DNA from: Paragordius varius
Lineage: Eukaryota > Animalia > Nematomorpha
Reading direction: 5' to 3'
NCBI GenBank assembly: GCA_964247055.1
Contig: OZ176056.1
Span: 7,874,001 to 7,938,000 of the forward strand
Length of the DNA: 64,000 nucleotides
Below are positions 25,501 to 38,550 of the stretch, in pieces. A program made the position numbers and the translations under genes. Positions within the stretch are counted from its first letter, which is position 1, and every line of letters starts with the position of its first letter. The notes beneath the pieces were generated by a model. That model made no database searches. It saw only the letters and a program-made list of their open reading frames with translations, and was not told the origin of the DNA.

Positions 25501-26354
25501 TTTACTAAAAACCGCAATTTTTACCTGTATTTATTATAATGTCCAAAATATGTAGTAATTATTACAATTAACAATGCAAGACCTAAAAAACAAAAATAAC
25601 TAATTTTTTTCTAAATTTAATAAAAACCGCAATTTTTATCTGTTATTATAATGTCCAAAATATGTAGTAATTAATTACAATTAAAAATGCAAAATCTAAA
25701 AACAAAAATTTTTTACTAAATTTTTAAAATCTCAATTTTTACCTATATTTATTATAATGTCCAAAATATGTAGTAATTAATTACAATTGAAAATGCAAAA
25801 CCTAAAAAACAAAAAAAAATTACTAAATTTGTTAAAAACCGCAATTTATACCTGATTAAAATGTCTGAAATACTTAAAAAATTTTAATAATTAACAATGC
25901 TAAACATAAAAGACAAAAATCTAAAATCTACTCAAATTTTCAAAAATATATATTTACCTGTGTTTTTTTAATTAGTAATAAGAACTATATAAATTATAAT
26001 ACCAAAATTAAATAATACAGGTTAGCATGTTATATATATTATTAAATTTAGGAATAATTAACATAAAAAATTTGAAAATACGTATTTTACTATTTATTAA
26101 TTTATCAAAGATAAAAACCCACAAAATTCCGCATCTAAATACGTAACAACAATATTACAAATGTTAACATAAATTGCTATAATATTCTGAAAATTTAACA
26201 TTACAAAATATCCATCAAATTAAAGCCTTTGTTAATTCTCACGTCAATCCTCTTTCATATGTGTAATACAAAATAATTTCGTGGGTCAATATTTTACGCA
26301 TTGGATAAACCATTTATGTTTTTTGACTGGCAATAAAATTATTGAACATACATT
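22576..26354. mobile_element. Foldback-type palindromic element, ~3.8 kb
   Basis: 22576-~24276 is the reverse complement of ~24400-26354 around a ~125-bp spacer; arms hold ~110-bp tandem units (about 6 left, about 8 right); no ORF; no TSD found. Confidence 0.85.
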
Positions 26355-26479
26355 AAATGCATACTGTAATGCGGTAAAATCATGCAATCTAATGTTTTAA
26401 CACCATAATCTTTTGGTAAAGTTTATCACAATTTGGCCGAAATATGATTTTAGCCTTGTAAGCGCATAACACTAGGTGC

Positions 26480-27600
26480 AAAAAAGTGGGTTTTTTTAAC
26501 AAATTTTTTTTTCATAGATAGCTTATAACCAGCGAATTCATTTGCCGTTTTTATTTGTTAATGATGTAGTTATAAAAATATTAGAGAAAATGGAAATTGG
26601 GCGAAAAGTGAAAAATAAGGATTAAGATAATTTAAAAAACAATGATAAAGCTTGAGATATTATGGTTTATTATCTTTTAGCAGATATTACAATTTATAAA
26701 TAGCCCAAAATCATATAATTGGAGTTTTTATAAAAATCCAGATCGAAAAATCGCGTTTTTTTAACATACTCAAAATACAAAAATATTTTTATGAAACTAT
26801 AAAATAATCTTTTCAATTATTTACTAGCTAAACTCACTAAAATCTTAACATTCATATTTTTTCAGTAAAAAAACTTTATCAAAATGGAACTTTAAATTTT
26901 ATTTTTTTGTCATCTGTTTATGAGTGTATAAACAATTTACTGCTTTATTTTGAAATACAAGAGCGGAAATTATAAATTATATAAATTAATACAAAATATG
27001 ATTTACAAGTAGTGGAATATCAACCAAAAGGCCGTAATAAACCCAATAATATTGATTTGTGTTAAAACAAACCTGTTTTGGGATTATACGGAATGTTGAT
27101 TGATATTCCACAACTTTTGAATCCTATTTGCCCAAATTATATACTTACCCGCTCATGTAAGATTCCAAATTTGACAGTAAATATTTTCACTCATAAACCA
27201 AATGACAAAAAAATGAAAAAAAAATTTTAATATTGTTTGGATATATATTACTAAACATAATATAATTAATATTTTAATAGTGAGTTTAGCGGGTAGATAA
27301 ACTAAAAAAATTATTTTGATATCTTAATAAATTATTCTTTTAAGTATGATAAAAAAAACCTTTGATCTGAGTTTTATCTATATGATTTTAGGCTTTTTAT
27401 ATATTGTAAATGTCTGCAAAAAAATAATATAACTTAATTTCTTTATCATTTTTCGAGCTTAATTATCCTTAATTTTCACTTTTGGCCAAATTTTAATTTT
27501 CTATCAATATTTAACAAGGTCGTCAACTAATAATTTTTGCGCAAATTAATTCCTGGTCGTAAGCTATCAAAAAAAATTATTTTGTTAAAAATTATTCACA
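26480..27600. mobile_element. ~1.1-kb element with long imperfect inverted arms (family Y), copy 1
   Basis: gctaaactcacta (~26828) vs tagtgagtttagc (~27278); gatagcttataaccag vs ctggtcgtaagctatc; direct homologue at 36275-37425. Confidence 0.7.
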
Positions 27601-28161
27601 GTGTAATACAAAATTTTTAAATTTAAATTTGTTAAAAATCCTTATGATCAAACTTTTTCGCCACCACTTTTCTCTAAATTTTTTTAACCTCGCTATTACA
27701 ATAGATAGCTTTCAGATTGCATACCAGCAAAAACTTGAATCATACATGAAGAACAATGATTTATAATTAAATTTTAACTAAAATAAATTACGTAGTTTTA
27801 AAAATGGAGCTCTAGGATATAAATTACTTCAATATGTGAACTAGGACAAAATGTAAAGGTATAGTGTTAAAATTAAAGGTATTAGGTACAAGTTTTTATT
27901 GTCTACAGGGATTATTAGTATATAATAAAATTTAATAGAAATGAAAAAGGGTCAGTGGTATCTTGTACATATTAATGTGCATACGTGATAGTTAAACTTC
28001 AAAACAAAATTTCTTATCCGTTGACCCTCGACCAAAAGTTTTAAGCTAAGAAAAATCAAGTCAATTCGATATATTAACCTACAAACAGGTCATTCAAGTA
28101 ATTGTATTTAACTTGTATATTAAGTATTATTGAATTAATATTTACTTTTTTTCGTTTAAAC

Positions 28162-28471
28162 CAATGGTTTCCAACCTTTTTTTGTTTAGGCCCCACCAAA
28201 TTAAAAATATAAATTCTTCCCTCCCCCTCTCTAAAATAAATGCGAAACTTATTAAAATATTATAAGAATTATAACCAATGAGATCCTTATATTTGAGATC
28301 GCTGAAATATTTTCTGTACATCGGGGAAATGTTGCTATTCACCTGAGATCCAGATTAACCTACAATTGTTTCTAGTTTTATCTCTTAATTGTATTATCCA
28401 AATTTTTCGCCGCCTCTCCATAAAATTATACGCAACCCTAGAAGGGCATTGCCCCCTTTTGGGAACCACTA
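28162..28471. mobile_element. Old hAT MITE
   Basis: caatggtttccaac...gggaaccacta ends; degenerate TSD gtttaaac / acttaaac. Confidence 0.6.
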
Positions 28472-28999
28472 ACTTAAACTATCATTTTATATAAAAAATA
28501 TTCCATATTAAATAAAAACTCCAATTAAAATACTCGTAACCTTATTAACACATTATTTTAAGGTAATTTAGGGAAAAAATATGAAGTTAGAAATCAATGC
28601 ATTCTTTTCTTTAACCGCATTTTACAAATATAATATCTCAAAACATAAATCTCACAAACTTTGGAGTAAATTTTCCAACTTCTGCCAAATAATCAAGTGG
28701 CAAAATGCATGATCAATTAAAAAATAATTAACTTTATTCGTTTTTATATTATTTTTGAAAAATAATTATTAGTTTCAACTCTTTGCAAACTTTAAATGTG
28801 GACTCATCTCAAAATTTTTGCTGCTTTTGAATGATAAAATTATATTGTATATAATGATTAAAATGTGGAAATCAAAAAGATTATGGTGAATGGACTATCT
28901 AAAAGACACCAATGCGTTAACAATAAAAAACAATGCATGGAAATGTTTAATTAACAGTATTAAAAAAAATTAACCTCGACTACATCCATCTAAGTAAGA

Positions 29000-29700
29000 A
29001 ACCAGATGAGGTACGACTATACAAAGCCTGCGGCAGAATATTTGGACCCATATAGAAAGTAATCTCACTAGATGAGTGAAAAATCGCAATAAGTAGTCAC
29101 CCTATTACCGGAATTTCAATACGCTGACATAGGAGCGGCTCTATATGTAAATATATACATATGTTGACTAAGGACAGTTTTAACTGGTTAGTAGTTATTG
29201 ATATCACCACTCGTGGGTTGAAGTGTGCTGAAACTAGTTTCAACTCATATTTATTCGATACCGGAAACAATCACCAGATTATTTCTTGGTCAAATGACAA
29301 CTGACAATACCAGCTGCTACTTCACACCAAAAGAATTCCAGTGCATTCTTCACATTCGACCATCCACAGTGTATAAAGAGTAAGACAAACCTTAAAAAAT
29401 AACTCCATTCAAGTCGAATCAAAGCCTGCTTATAAAGTAATGAGCTGCGTTTTATATTCCTACAAAAAAGTTTCCACGTGTCGTTAAAAAAGTATTCTTA
29501 TTTGTTTTTAAGACATTAAGTTCACATTATCTTATAACATCGACCCCGGACCTAATATAACACGAATAAAAAACCTATTTCAATTACCAAACACAGTTTA
29601 TGATACCACTCTCAACCGGAAAATAATTCCATACAATTCAATCCCTAGAAACAACCCAAACCCTTTGCGCCGATATATGATAGAAAAAACGTACATTATA
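29000..29700 (+). pseudogene. Gypsy integrase remnant
   Basis: DSFNWLVVIDITTR and TTDNTSCYF resemble DNFNWLVTIDSSSR and VSDNASYF of the integrase at 46386-47042. Confidence 0.55.
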
Positions 29701-29959
29701 CTATGAACACATGCTTTTATATAGATATAGAAATATTTATGCGTTAAACACATAGAGAGCAAATTGGATTATATTGTACTGTTAAAGTAATTTAAGTTTT
29801 TTACATATGTATGAGGTTCACCGGTAGTTGAACGCTTAAGAATGTATTTGTACTCTTTATTTAATGTATAAATGTTTTATTAATCTTATGCTCGTAAATT
29901 TGGAATGATATATTATTTAAAATAGGCCTTCTTTTTTACCATCATGCCAATTTTGTTTA

Positions 29960-32900
29960 AAACTTTCGGACTTAATAAAACCAACATTTATTATCAACGT
30001 TCCAATTATGTACCCGTATCATCACAATAATCCATGTAATGATGTTTAAAATGAGTAATAATTAAATTTAATTTTAGTTGAATTAAGAATGAAAAAACAA
30101 TTTATACTGTTTTATTCGTAATGCATTGGTCTAACATATAATTTATATTGATTATTAATTATTTCAACACGATCTCCAGCCGATAGATGCAAATTTCTGC
30201 AAGAATAGGCTCCACATTGGAATGTCGATTGGTAATTTAATCTGGCATTATACACTGTCATTCTCGTGCTATATTGATGTGGTAATAGGTAGGATTTAAT
30301 CTGATCCCATGTGCTTACACTATTGTTCCATTCAATATCTAAAATAGTAAATATATTATTTTAATATAGGGATAAAATAGTCATCTTAAATGTTGTGTTA
30401 ATTAAGCACCATAGATGGTAAAATTGTTAAGTCATTATAATAACATACAAGCTTTTTTTACAAAATATTTTTATCTTAATTTCATAATGAATGCTAAATG
30501 CATTCTCAGCTGTGACCATCAAAAAAATTTATGGAGGAGTCTAAAATGCGATTTGCGTTTTGAATATATATAAGATGTTCATGAATATTGGATTAAAAAT
30601 TAACTATTATCATTATTTTATATATTGTTTTCTAATTTTGCGAATAAACCATTAATTAACAATAGAAAAAAGATACTTTTAATACATAAACTATTTTAAT
30701 TATATTTTTGTGTAAATAAATACCACCGATTTTGTGTACAATCTAATTACTTTGTTAAAGATATATTAAAAAAAGGGATATTATCTTATCTTTTACTGAT
30801 CAATTTTATAGCTAATATTATCTTAAACCTCTGGGCATTATATGAAACCTTAAAAAATACTTTTAGAATTGGTTTTGCACTCTTGTGGTTCCAATTCGAT
30901 CTTGTGGATAGAATTTGCCTTTTTGAGATAAAGCATGCTATGTTTGGATATTTCTGATTTTGGGCCAGTTATTACCATTTTATTTTTGTCCATGTAAGCA
31001 TCTAATTTGGTCAAATATTCCAATGAAGACCCCAAAAACTCAGTCTCTCCAACAGGCCAGCCAAGTGTTAAAAAACTTACGATTTCTTCGCAAGTATAAT
31101 AACGCCTCACACTTTTGGCTATAAAAAATAGGTGTAATAATTGTTTTTTATGATAGATAATTATATATTATAATTTGCTATATCATTACAATTGTTTCAA
31201 AAAAAGATGTTTTATGTACGACTAGATGGAAGATTTTTGGTGCAACGAATGCCATATATTTTTTTGATAAATGGCGTCTTTATTTATAATAAATTATAAT
31301 TAAAAATATTTTATTGTTTCATAAAATATTAATATTTACTTTTTAGCTCAGATGTTAACTGTTTTAGCGCGGAAAAATTATGAAGAATGTTGGATAAAAT
31401 ACAAAACGCTTTTTTATACTTTCCTGAGCGACTCAAAGGCCCTAAAACAAAAACCTATTATAAAGACCTATAATTTTGTTTTTAATGTAAAGCTTTACTT
31501 ATAAAATATATCAAGTTTATTTAAATTGGATTCGTTTGTTATTGCACACGTGTCCAAAAGATAAAATAAAATAATTATTTAAAGCTCTTTAAAGAATTTC
31601 TTGGCAAAAACAGTTAATACCGCAATATTGAAAATTTGCCTCACACCAAATGTTATTTGTAATTACAAAAATTATTTATAAAACTTACATGTAACAATCT
31701 TATTCATTGCAGAACTAATTCCATCTGTGTCCCATATTTCTATAAATGTATTAATATGGATATAATCAATAATTTAATTAAATACAAAAATGATATACCG
31801 ATTGGCTTAATAAATGTGGTCAAGTAATGTATATTATTAACGTAGAGGTGCAAATTGGTTTCTCTGGTCACAGTTCTATTGATTTTAATTGAATATTTGG
31901 ATCTTTGTAAAATTGAACCATCATCACCCTTTAAAAGAAATTGACAATTTTTGGCCAAATTTCGGTCTTCAAACAAAGTGGAACAATCTTGTTGAAAAAT
32001 GTATTGCCCTCTGTACGCCACATAAGTAGTTGACCAATTGCTTACGTCGATGAACACTTTGAGTTTTTTGCCATTTATTGTTATGTTTAAGTATCCAGCA
32101 TTATCGTAAACCCCGACTAGGGTAAATATTAATATTGTTTTATTTGTCACTTTGAATGGAACTGGTTTTCCATTATTCGCAATTAGTTGAATGTTTAGAT
32201 GAGTTTTATCTTTATTATCCATTTGCCAATAATCTTTCAAATCGAGTTCCCGCTCTGAGACACGATTAGTTTGTATCCATCTTGTGTGAGCATGTTCTAG
32301 TTTAATAAAATTAATAATTTGTCTAGGAAAGTTTAATTTAGTTTGAGAATACAAATTAATTTTAGGTAATACAAAGCTAATGAATGACTTAATATTGACA
32401 TATCATATATTATTAAAATAAAGCAACATATTTATGTTTGATTAGCAACGCCTACAAATTCACAAAATAATTGACAAATATACTTACCATCTATAGAGAT
32501 ATTTCCATGCCTTGTTATCACACCATTTCGAGTAACGGAATAAGGGCCATCAACCAGGTTTAATTTTGGTGTAATTCCTTGATTAAGGAATTGGGTATAA
32601 TTGACATTTTTGTAAGAAAATGTTTTATAAGCAAATTTGACAGTTATGTTAGCTTTTCCTTTGTACTCATCCACTAGTTGATTGTAAAATTGTTTGCGAA
32701 ACCTAACCGTAAGATCTTTGGGAGGTGGTAATTTTTGGGCTATTATACTTTGGCACCCAAATAGAAGTAAAATAATTGGGATATACATTACTTGGAAAAC
32801 TAAAAAATTATATATGATTAATATTAAAAAATCTTGGTTTATATAGACTGTATTAGAAAAAAATATTTACATCATTTTTGTCACCTATGATATTTTTGCC

Positions 32901-35900
32901 GGGTGATAAAATAAATATTATTGAAATTCGGTCCGCTATAAACCATTATAAATGAAATTATTGATAACATATAGTTTGAAGCTTAGTTTTTTTACTCAAT
33001 AACAATTTGTAAAATCATTGTAGGTTAGACAAATAACAAAAATGGCAATAATATACCCAATGCATTTTTCCAAATGTCAATATTTACATATTATCATAAC
33101 ACCTTCCTCGTCATACTTTTATTACCAAATCAAAGCGCATAACTGAAAAAATAGCATTAATTTTATTTATAAAAATATTAACATTTCATATTAAGAGTAC
33201 GATGTTTCAAGGTTGAGTAAAATAAATGTGTTTTTATCAAAAATTTACCATATGCAAATATACCCTTTCATCAAAATTGACTTAGTATGTTGAGCATCAT
33301 AGTAAATAAAAAACGTGCTTAAATTGTTTTTATGCCCTCCCTCCATGCTTCAAAATATAGTAATGTTTAAAATTTCATATTATAATATATTTCATAATCT
33401 GACATATGTTAAAACATCTTATCCCGCAATCACGGCATTTCTGCATTTATTTTATAAAAAAACGGCCCGTTTTAAAGAGGGCCTAAAATATCTTTCGGAA
33501 CGTACAGCTAAAACTTAAAATTTGAGATAAATAAATTTATGCTTATATTTAATAAATTTGGTATTAACCATCTAGCATTTGCTAAAATTTTTTTATTTGA
33601 TATAATGTGCGCTAATTTAGTCACTTTTCGTTATCCAGAAGCTCTAAGGCCCAAAACCAAAAGCATAATGATAATTATCATACATATTTCCATCTATCAG
33701 AATAAATAATCCATTAAGATATTGTTCATCCCCATTTTCAACACTGTGTATATTAAAATAATAATATATTATATACAGTCTGAAATTTTGATATATTAAA
33801 ATCGATTTGGACAACTTGCTAATCCTAAAATATTTTACCCATATATTTTTTATTTTTATCAGTTTACCAATTATTTTTTGGAGACGATTTATTTTTTTAA
33901 GGAACATAAGTTAACATTGTAAATAACTGTATTAAAAGGTTTTGGTTATAATTTACTTAATTCTCATGCAATAGATAAGCTAATATATTATTGTAAATAC
34001 TGAAATTTACGATGGGATAACTCAAAATCCAATTTAAACGAACAGTTGATTATAAAGTTGATAAAGACTGCCACCAAAAAGTAAGATAGCTTTTTAAAGT
34101 TTATCAATTTATAACCATAATAATTATTTTATTTTCCTGTTAAATTACCGATTCAAAAAATCCAAGGAAAAGTATGGTGGCAAAAAAATCAAATAGATGA
34201 AGATTTATTTGATTGTGTTGATAGTTAAATTTGGAAACACTTATTTCATTTAGAAGAACTGATTAACACTCCATCACCTTTTAGGGTAATTTTATAACCC
34301 AGACCGATTTGCACTTTAAACATCGTGAAAAGTATTCTATACGAATTCAAAGATATGCTTTCTTGAGTCTTTTCGCGAATTTACAAAAAAAAATTATTGT
34401 AAATATTCCTCATCTCAAACTTTTTGCCGCCATTTTTTATAAATGATTTTTAAATCGCTAATGCAACAAGGAATAGTGTATATTATGTTTAGAAAAATGT
34501 AAATAATTAACTTTAAAAAGCTTCCACTTGATATATTTGATTTTAATGTCAACTGTTCGTATCAATCTAGAGCTGTCACAATTTTAGACACTAGGTCAGG
34601 ATCTGCAAAAAGAAGATTTTTTTAAATACATGAGTATAATGTTTTATAATTAAAGTTTAACTAAAATTTTCATAACTTTAGTTTATTTACAATATTGGGC
34701 TCTGAGATATAAAACTACCCCAAATGTTTAAATAAAGAAAAGATAATGAAGTCTTAAATTATAATGCGAAATTTGCTGTCATAACCATAGTAATATGGAC
34801 TTAATAATATTAGTTTTTAATAATTTTTTGCCAGTTAAGCCATTTATCAAAAAAAATTCGCCAAAGGTTTTTATTTTGAATTATTGTATTTGTAGGTCCC
34901 TAAAAAGCCATGCATATTTTTAAATTTGAATCAATGTCATAGAAACTTTTAAGTCGATGGTTATTGTCGGATATAATAAACTACCATTAATATTTTAGTT
35001 AGCCTAATACCTATTTAATATTATATTTTCATCTTTTATTTTATACAATATATTATAAAAAATGTTAACTGTATAAATTATGTAAATATTGATTCAATAA
35101 AATTACATACTAAATACAAATTAAAGATATAAACAGTATAGAGGCTTTAAATCGGGCAAACCCATAAATTTTTATACTTAGTTCGACTAGGTTTTTGGCT
35201 TAGGGCCAACTGTAATAACAAAAATTATGTTTTTAAATTTGAACTATCACGTACGCAAATACATATTTACGAGCTGGACGCACTTACTTACCCCATTTTT
35301 ATTTAATATATGTATATATTAAAGGTTTTTATGTGCTAATCATCTATATAAGACACTGTTTTAAAATGTTAGAAACAGTATTATAATTGCACAAACTAAT
35401 TTTTTCAATAATCAAAATTAAATACGTTTTTAGCGTTGTCATACCCGTAACTAACACCTGTGTATCATTTATTTCCAAGATAAATTTATATAGGCTTTCG
35501 ATAAGTTTGAGTACGGCAACTATCCAATCAGCATATAAAACGTTTTTCCGAAAAAAATACTTTTTCTCAATGTTTAAAACTCTAATCTATGACATAATGA
35601 TGGAAAGACATTATAAGCCGCAATATATATCGATTTATAGATTTATCGAGTAATTAATTGCTATTCACCGTATAAGATAACATGACATATAATTTAAAAT
35701 TTTAAAATATTTTAATATAGCTTAAAACAAACATTTCGGCTTTGGATACCCTGATGATCCCAAATTTTACATATATAGCGGCATTCATTTATTCAAAAAA
35801 GTTGATGATCATAAATTTAAAGCTTGGGGAACAGTTTAAAACGGAAGGCAAACCTTGCTTGTATTAAAAAAACTCTCATGTGCATTTTCGGTTGTGTCTG

Positions 35901-36090
35901 TTTATTTTGGCCTACCGAAAATCGGGCATTTTTCAAAATAGTGTGGAAGGGTTTCACCAATTTTTTTGAAATAAGGTTAACGGTTGTTGTTACTCTATTC
36001 AAATGTAGCTGCCGATAGGCGTTATTAACAATGTAGAATTTTATTTACGGATATGGATTTGCAAATATTTATCCTAAACATTTCAAGATA
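29960..36090. repeat. Left arm of ~6-kb inverted segmental duplication
   Basis: Colinear reverse-complement similarity to ~51490-57470 through exons, introns and 3.3 kb of upstream DNA. Confidence 0.9.
30112..32788 (-). CDS. Unknown secreted glycoprotein, copy L; six exons (32788-32488, 32296-31799, 31739-31689, 31656-31621, 31118-30861, 30338-30112), 456 aa
   Basis: Signal-peptide-like MYIPIILLLFGCQSIIAQ; exon lengths 301/498/51/36/258/227 give one open frame to TAA; all introns phase 1 and GT-AG except the intron 3 acceptor (CAA); junctions match copy R. Confidence 0.8.
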
Positions 36091-36175
36091 ACACAGACGT
36101 TACAAAAAAAGACAAAGCGCAATCATTTTTTTGAATTTAAATAAGGATTTTTTTATATATGCGATGGTTAATATA

Positions 36176-37522
36176 CAGTAGCGTATGGTATAAAACAATA
36201 ACAGTCCATAAAAGAATAAAATATGTTTTTTTTCAGAAAACAAGGTAATATTATGGATATGTGTATGTGTGGAAAAAACGTTAATTTTTTTAACAAAAAT
36301 ATTTTTTTTCATGAGATAGCTTATTCAGTTAATTGCTTTAACGCAAAAATTTTAATTTGTTGACGTGTTTTTTAAATATTAAGAGAAAATCGAAATTGGG
36401 CAAAAAGTGAATATAATTAAGGTTAAAAAATAACGATAAAAGTTGAGATTTATGGTATGTTATGATTTTAGGAGATATTTTTAATATATAAGCCTAAAAT
36501 CATCTAAATAGAATTATAAAATCTGAAAAGATGGCGTTTTCTTTTAACACACATAAAAGTCAAAAAAATATAAAAACTGTGTTAAAATAATTTTTTTATT
36601 TATTTACTAGCTAAACTCACTTAAATCTTAACATTCATATTTATTCAGAAAAAAAAACTTTATATCAAAATAATAGAAAATATTGTTTTTTATCTTTCAT
36701 TCTTTCGTCGGCTGGTATGAGATAAAAAATTTACACTTTTATTTTGGAAATTTACATTAGTCGGAATTATAAACTATATAATTTGTACAAAATAGGATTT
36801 AAAAGTAATGGAATATTAACCAACGATCCTTACAAATCCCTGTAACAACTTCGTTTAACACAAATTAATATTTTTACTGGGATATGTGCGGATTGATTGA
36901 TTTTCCAATTTTATTTTATTAATTTATGTATTTTATAATTCTGGCTCTTGTTAAATTCCAAAATAAGACATTAAATTCTTAATACCGTAATAAACCAGAT
37001 GACAAAAAATGTAAAAATAAAGACAATATTTTTTAGTTCTATTTTGATATTGATATTTTTTACTGAATAAAATATGAATGTTAAGATTTTAATGAGTTTA
37101 GCTAGTAATGATTAATAAATTTTTTAATGTTTTTTTGTTTTTTAAGTGTGTTGAAAGAAAGACCATCTTTTCAACTGAGATTTTATAGATAAATAATTTT
37201 AGGCTATTTATATGAAATCTCCATAAATGATATTAAAACATAATATCTCAATTTTTGTCATTATTTTTAAATTATCCTTTATTACCTTATTTTCACTTTT
37301 TGCCTAATTTCGATTATCTATCAATATTCAAAAATCTAGGTCGTAAATAAATAAATATTTTTACGGCAAATGTATGCGCTGGTCATAAGGTATCTCAAAA
37401 GAAATATTTTGTTAAAAAAATTATTGTAGACAGTGTGTATATACAATTAGGCTTGTTTTTTTTAAAAAAAACATTTTTTTATTCTTTTATGGCCTAATAA
37501 TGTTTTAAGCCATATGCTACTG
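36176..37522. mobile_element. CAGTAGCGTAT MITE carrying nested family-Y copy 2 (36275-37425)
   Basis: TA|cagtagcgtatgg at 36176 and catatgctactg|TA at 37522; interior matches 26480-27600. Confidence 0.7.
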
Positions 37523-37638
37523 TAAACAGACTTATTCTTTTAACTTATACATTTGGTAATTAATTTATTAATCTACAATTGTTGATGTGGTAAATTATGG
37601 ATTGATGTTTTTGTATAACAGTTGCTAAATCCGTAATA

Positions 37639-37804
37639 CAGTAGCGTATGCAGTAAAAGATTGTTAGGTAATCTTAAACAGGGGGACAATTTTCATATAT
37701 TAATTATCATTGAGTCCTATTTATAAACATATCCATAATATCCCCCTGTTTTGTGTTCATTAAGATTATTTTGCACTAACAATCTTTTACTGCATACGCT
37801 ACTG
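37639..37804. mobile_element. CAGTAGCGTATG MITE
   Basis: TA|cagtagcgtatgcagtaaaagattgttag...ctaacaatcttttactgcatacgctactg|TA. Confidence 0.85.
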
Positions 37805-37809
37805 TATAA

Positions 37810-38200
37810 TGATAATTGAAAATAAATAGAAAATTAATAGAAAGATAATTATTAACAGAAATTATAAACGTTATGTGAAACCCTTTTGTCAATAGTAATC
37901 GCAGACTAGTTTCGTGCTTGTTAGCACTCATCAGTACGAGCTATTTGACTTGGGGTTTTCACACAACTTTGCATTTTGGTAAAAATGCAGTTGGTTATAC
38001 CAATTTAAATTAAATTTAATTGACATTCATGAAAATTAAACTGAAAATATGAAAATAAATTAAAAATTGATTGAAAAATTCATCGCAATAATGAAAAACT
38101 TGTCAGGAACCGTTAAATTTATGAAGGAAAAAAATTGTTCCGGGTTCCACTTGGTTCTTATCTCGGTTTCAAATTTTATGAGCCTTGATTGTATATTAAA
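37810..38200 (-). mobile_element. 3' end of a second Penelope-like element
   Basis: Minus strand reads LE..Y.IKAHK.(L)NRDKNQ, a decayed GIY-YIG C-terminal LNRD motif, followed ~200 nt later by a hammerhead ribozyme. Confidence 0.55.
37875..37962 (-). ncRNA. Type I hammerhead ribozyme, canonical core
   Basis: gtgaaaacccc-aa-gtcaa-atag-c-tcgta-CTGATGA-GTGCT-aaca-AGCAC-GAAA-CTAG-TC|tgcga-tta-ctat-tgac-aaaa-gggtttcac; predicted GUC cleavage between 37904 and 37903. Confidence 0.92.
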
Positions 38201-38212
38201 ATTCTAAGGACC

Positions 38213-38550
38213 ACGAGGATGCTAGGATTCACCTGGAAAGATAAATTTAAGAATGCAAATCTAACTGCGGAAATAAATCCTAAAACAAATGTCTTGGATA
38301 TAATCCTAAAATAATGTTAACATATTATGTTCATATTCTGCGATAAAATTCGCTAGAAAAAGATACAAGGTTTGGTAAGGTCGAAGAACAAAGGAAACGA
38401 GGACGACCACAGACCGATGAAGCGGTTCGACATAAATATGATTAGATGACATTGAGCGATTTGAATATAGCGGTAAAAGTTAGAAAGAAGTGGAAATCAA
38501 CAATGAATATTATATACAAAAAGTCGTTAACGACTTAGGAATAACCAACC
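38213..38550 (+). mobile_element. 3' fragment of the same RTE family as 3180-5373
   Basis: Aligns with the reverse complement of ~3180-3530 and ends in aaccaacc. Confidence 0.85.

Noticed and set aside
30112-31656. Formal DSL or C1q/TNF domain call for the secreted protein
   Set aside because: Only 3 of the 6 DSL cysteines and one short strand-like motif match; insufficient without profile or structure search.
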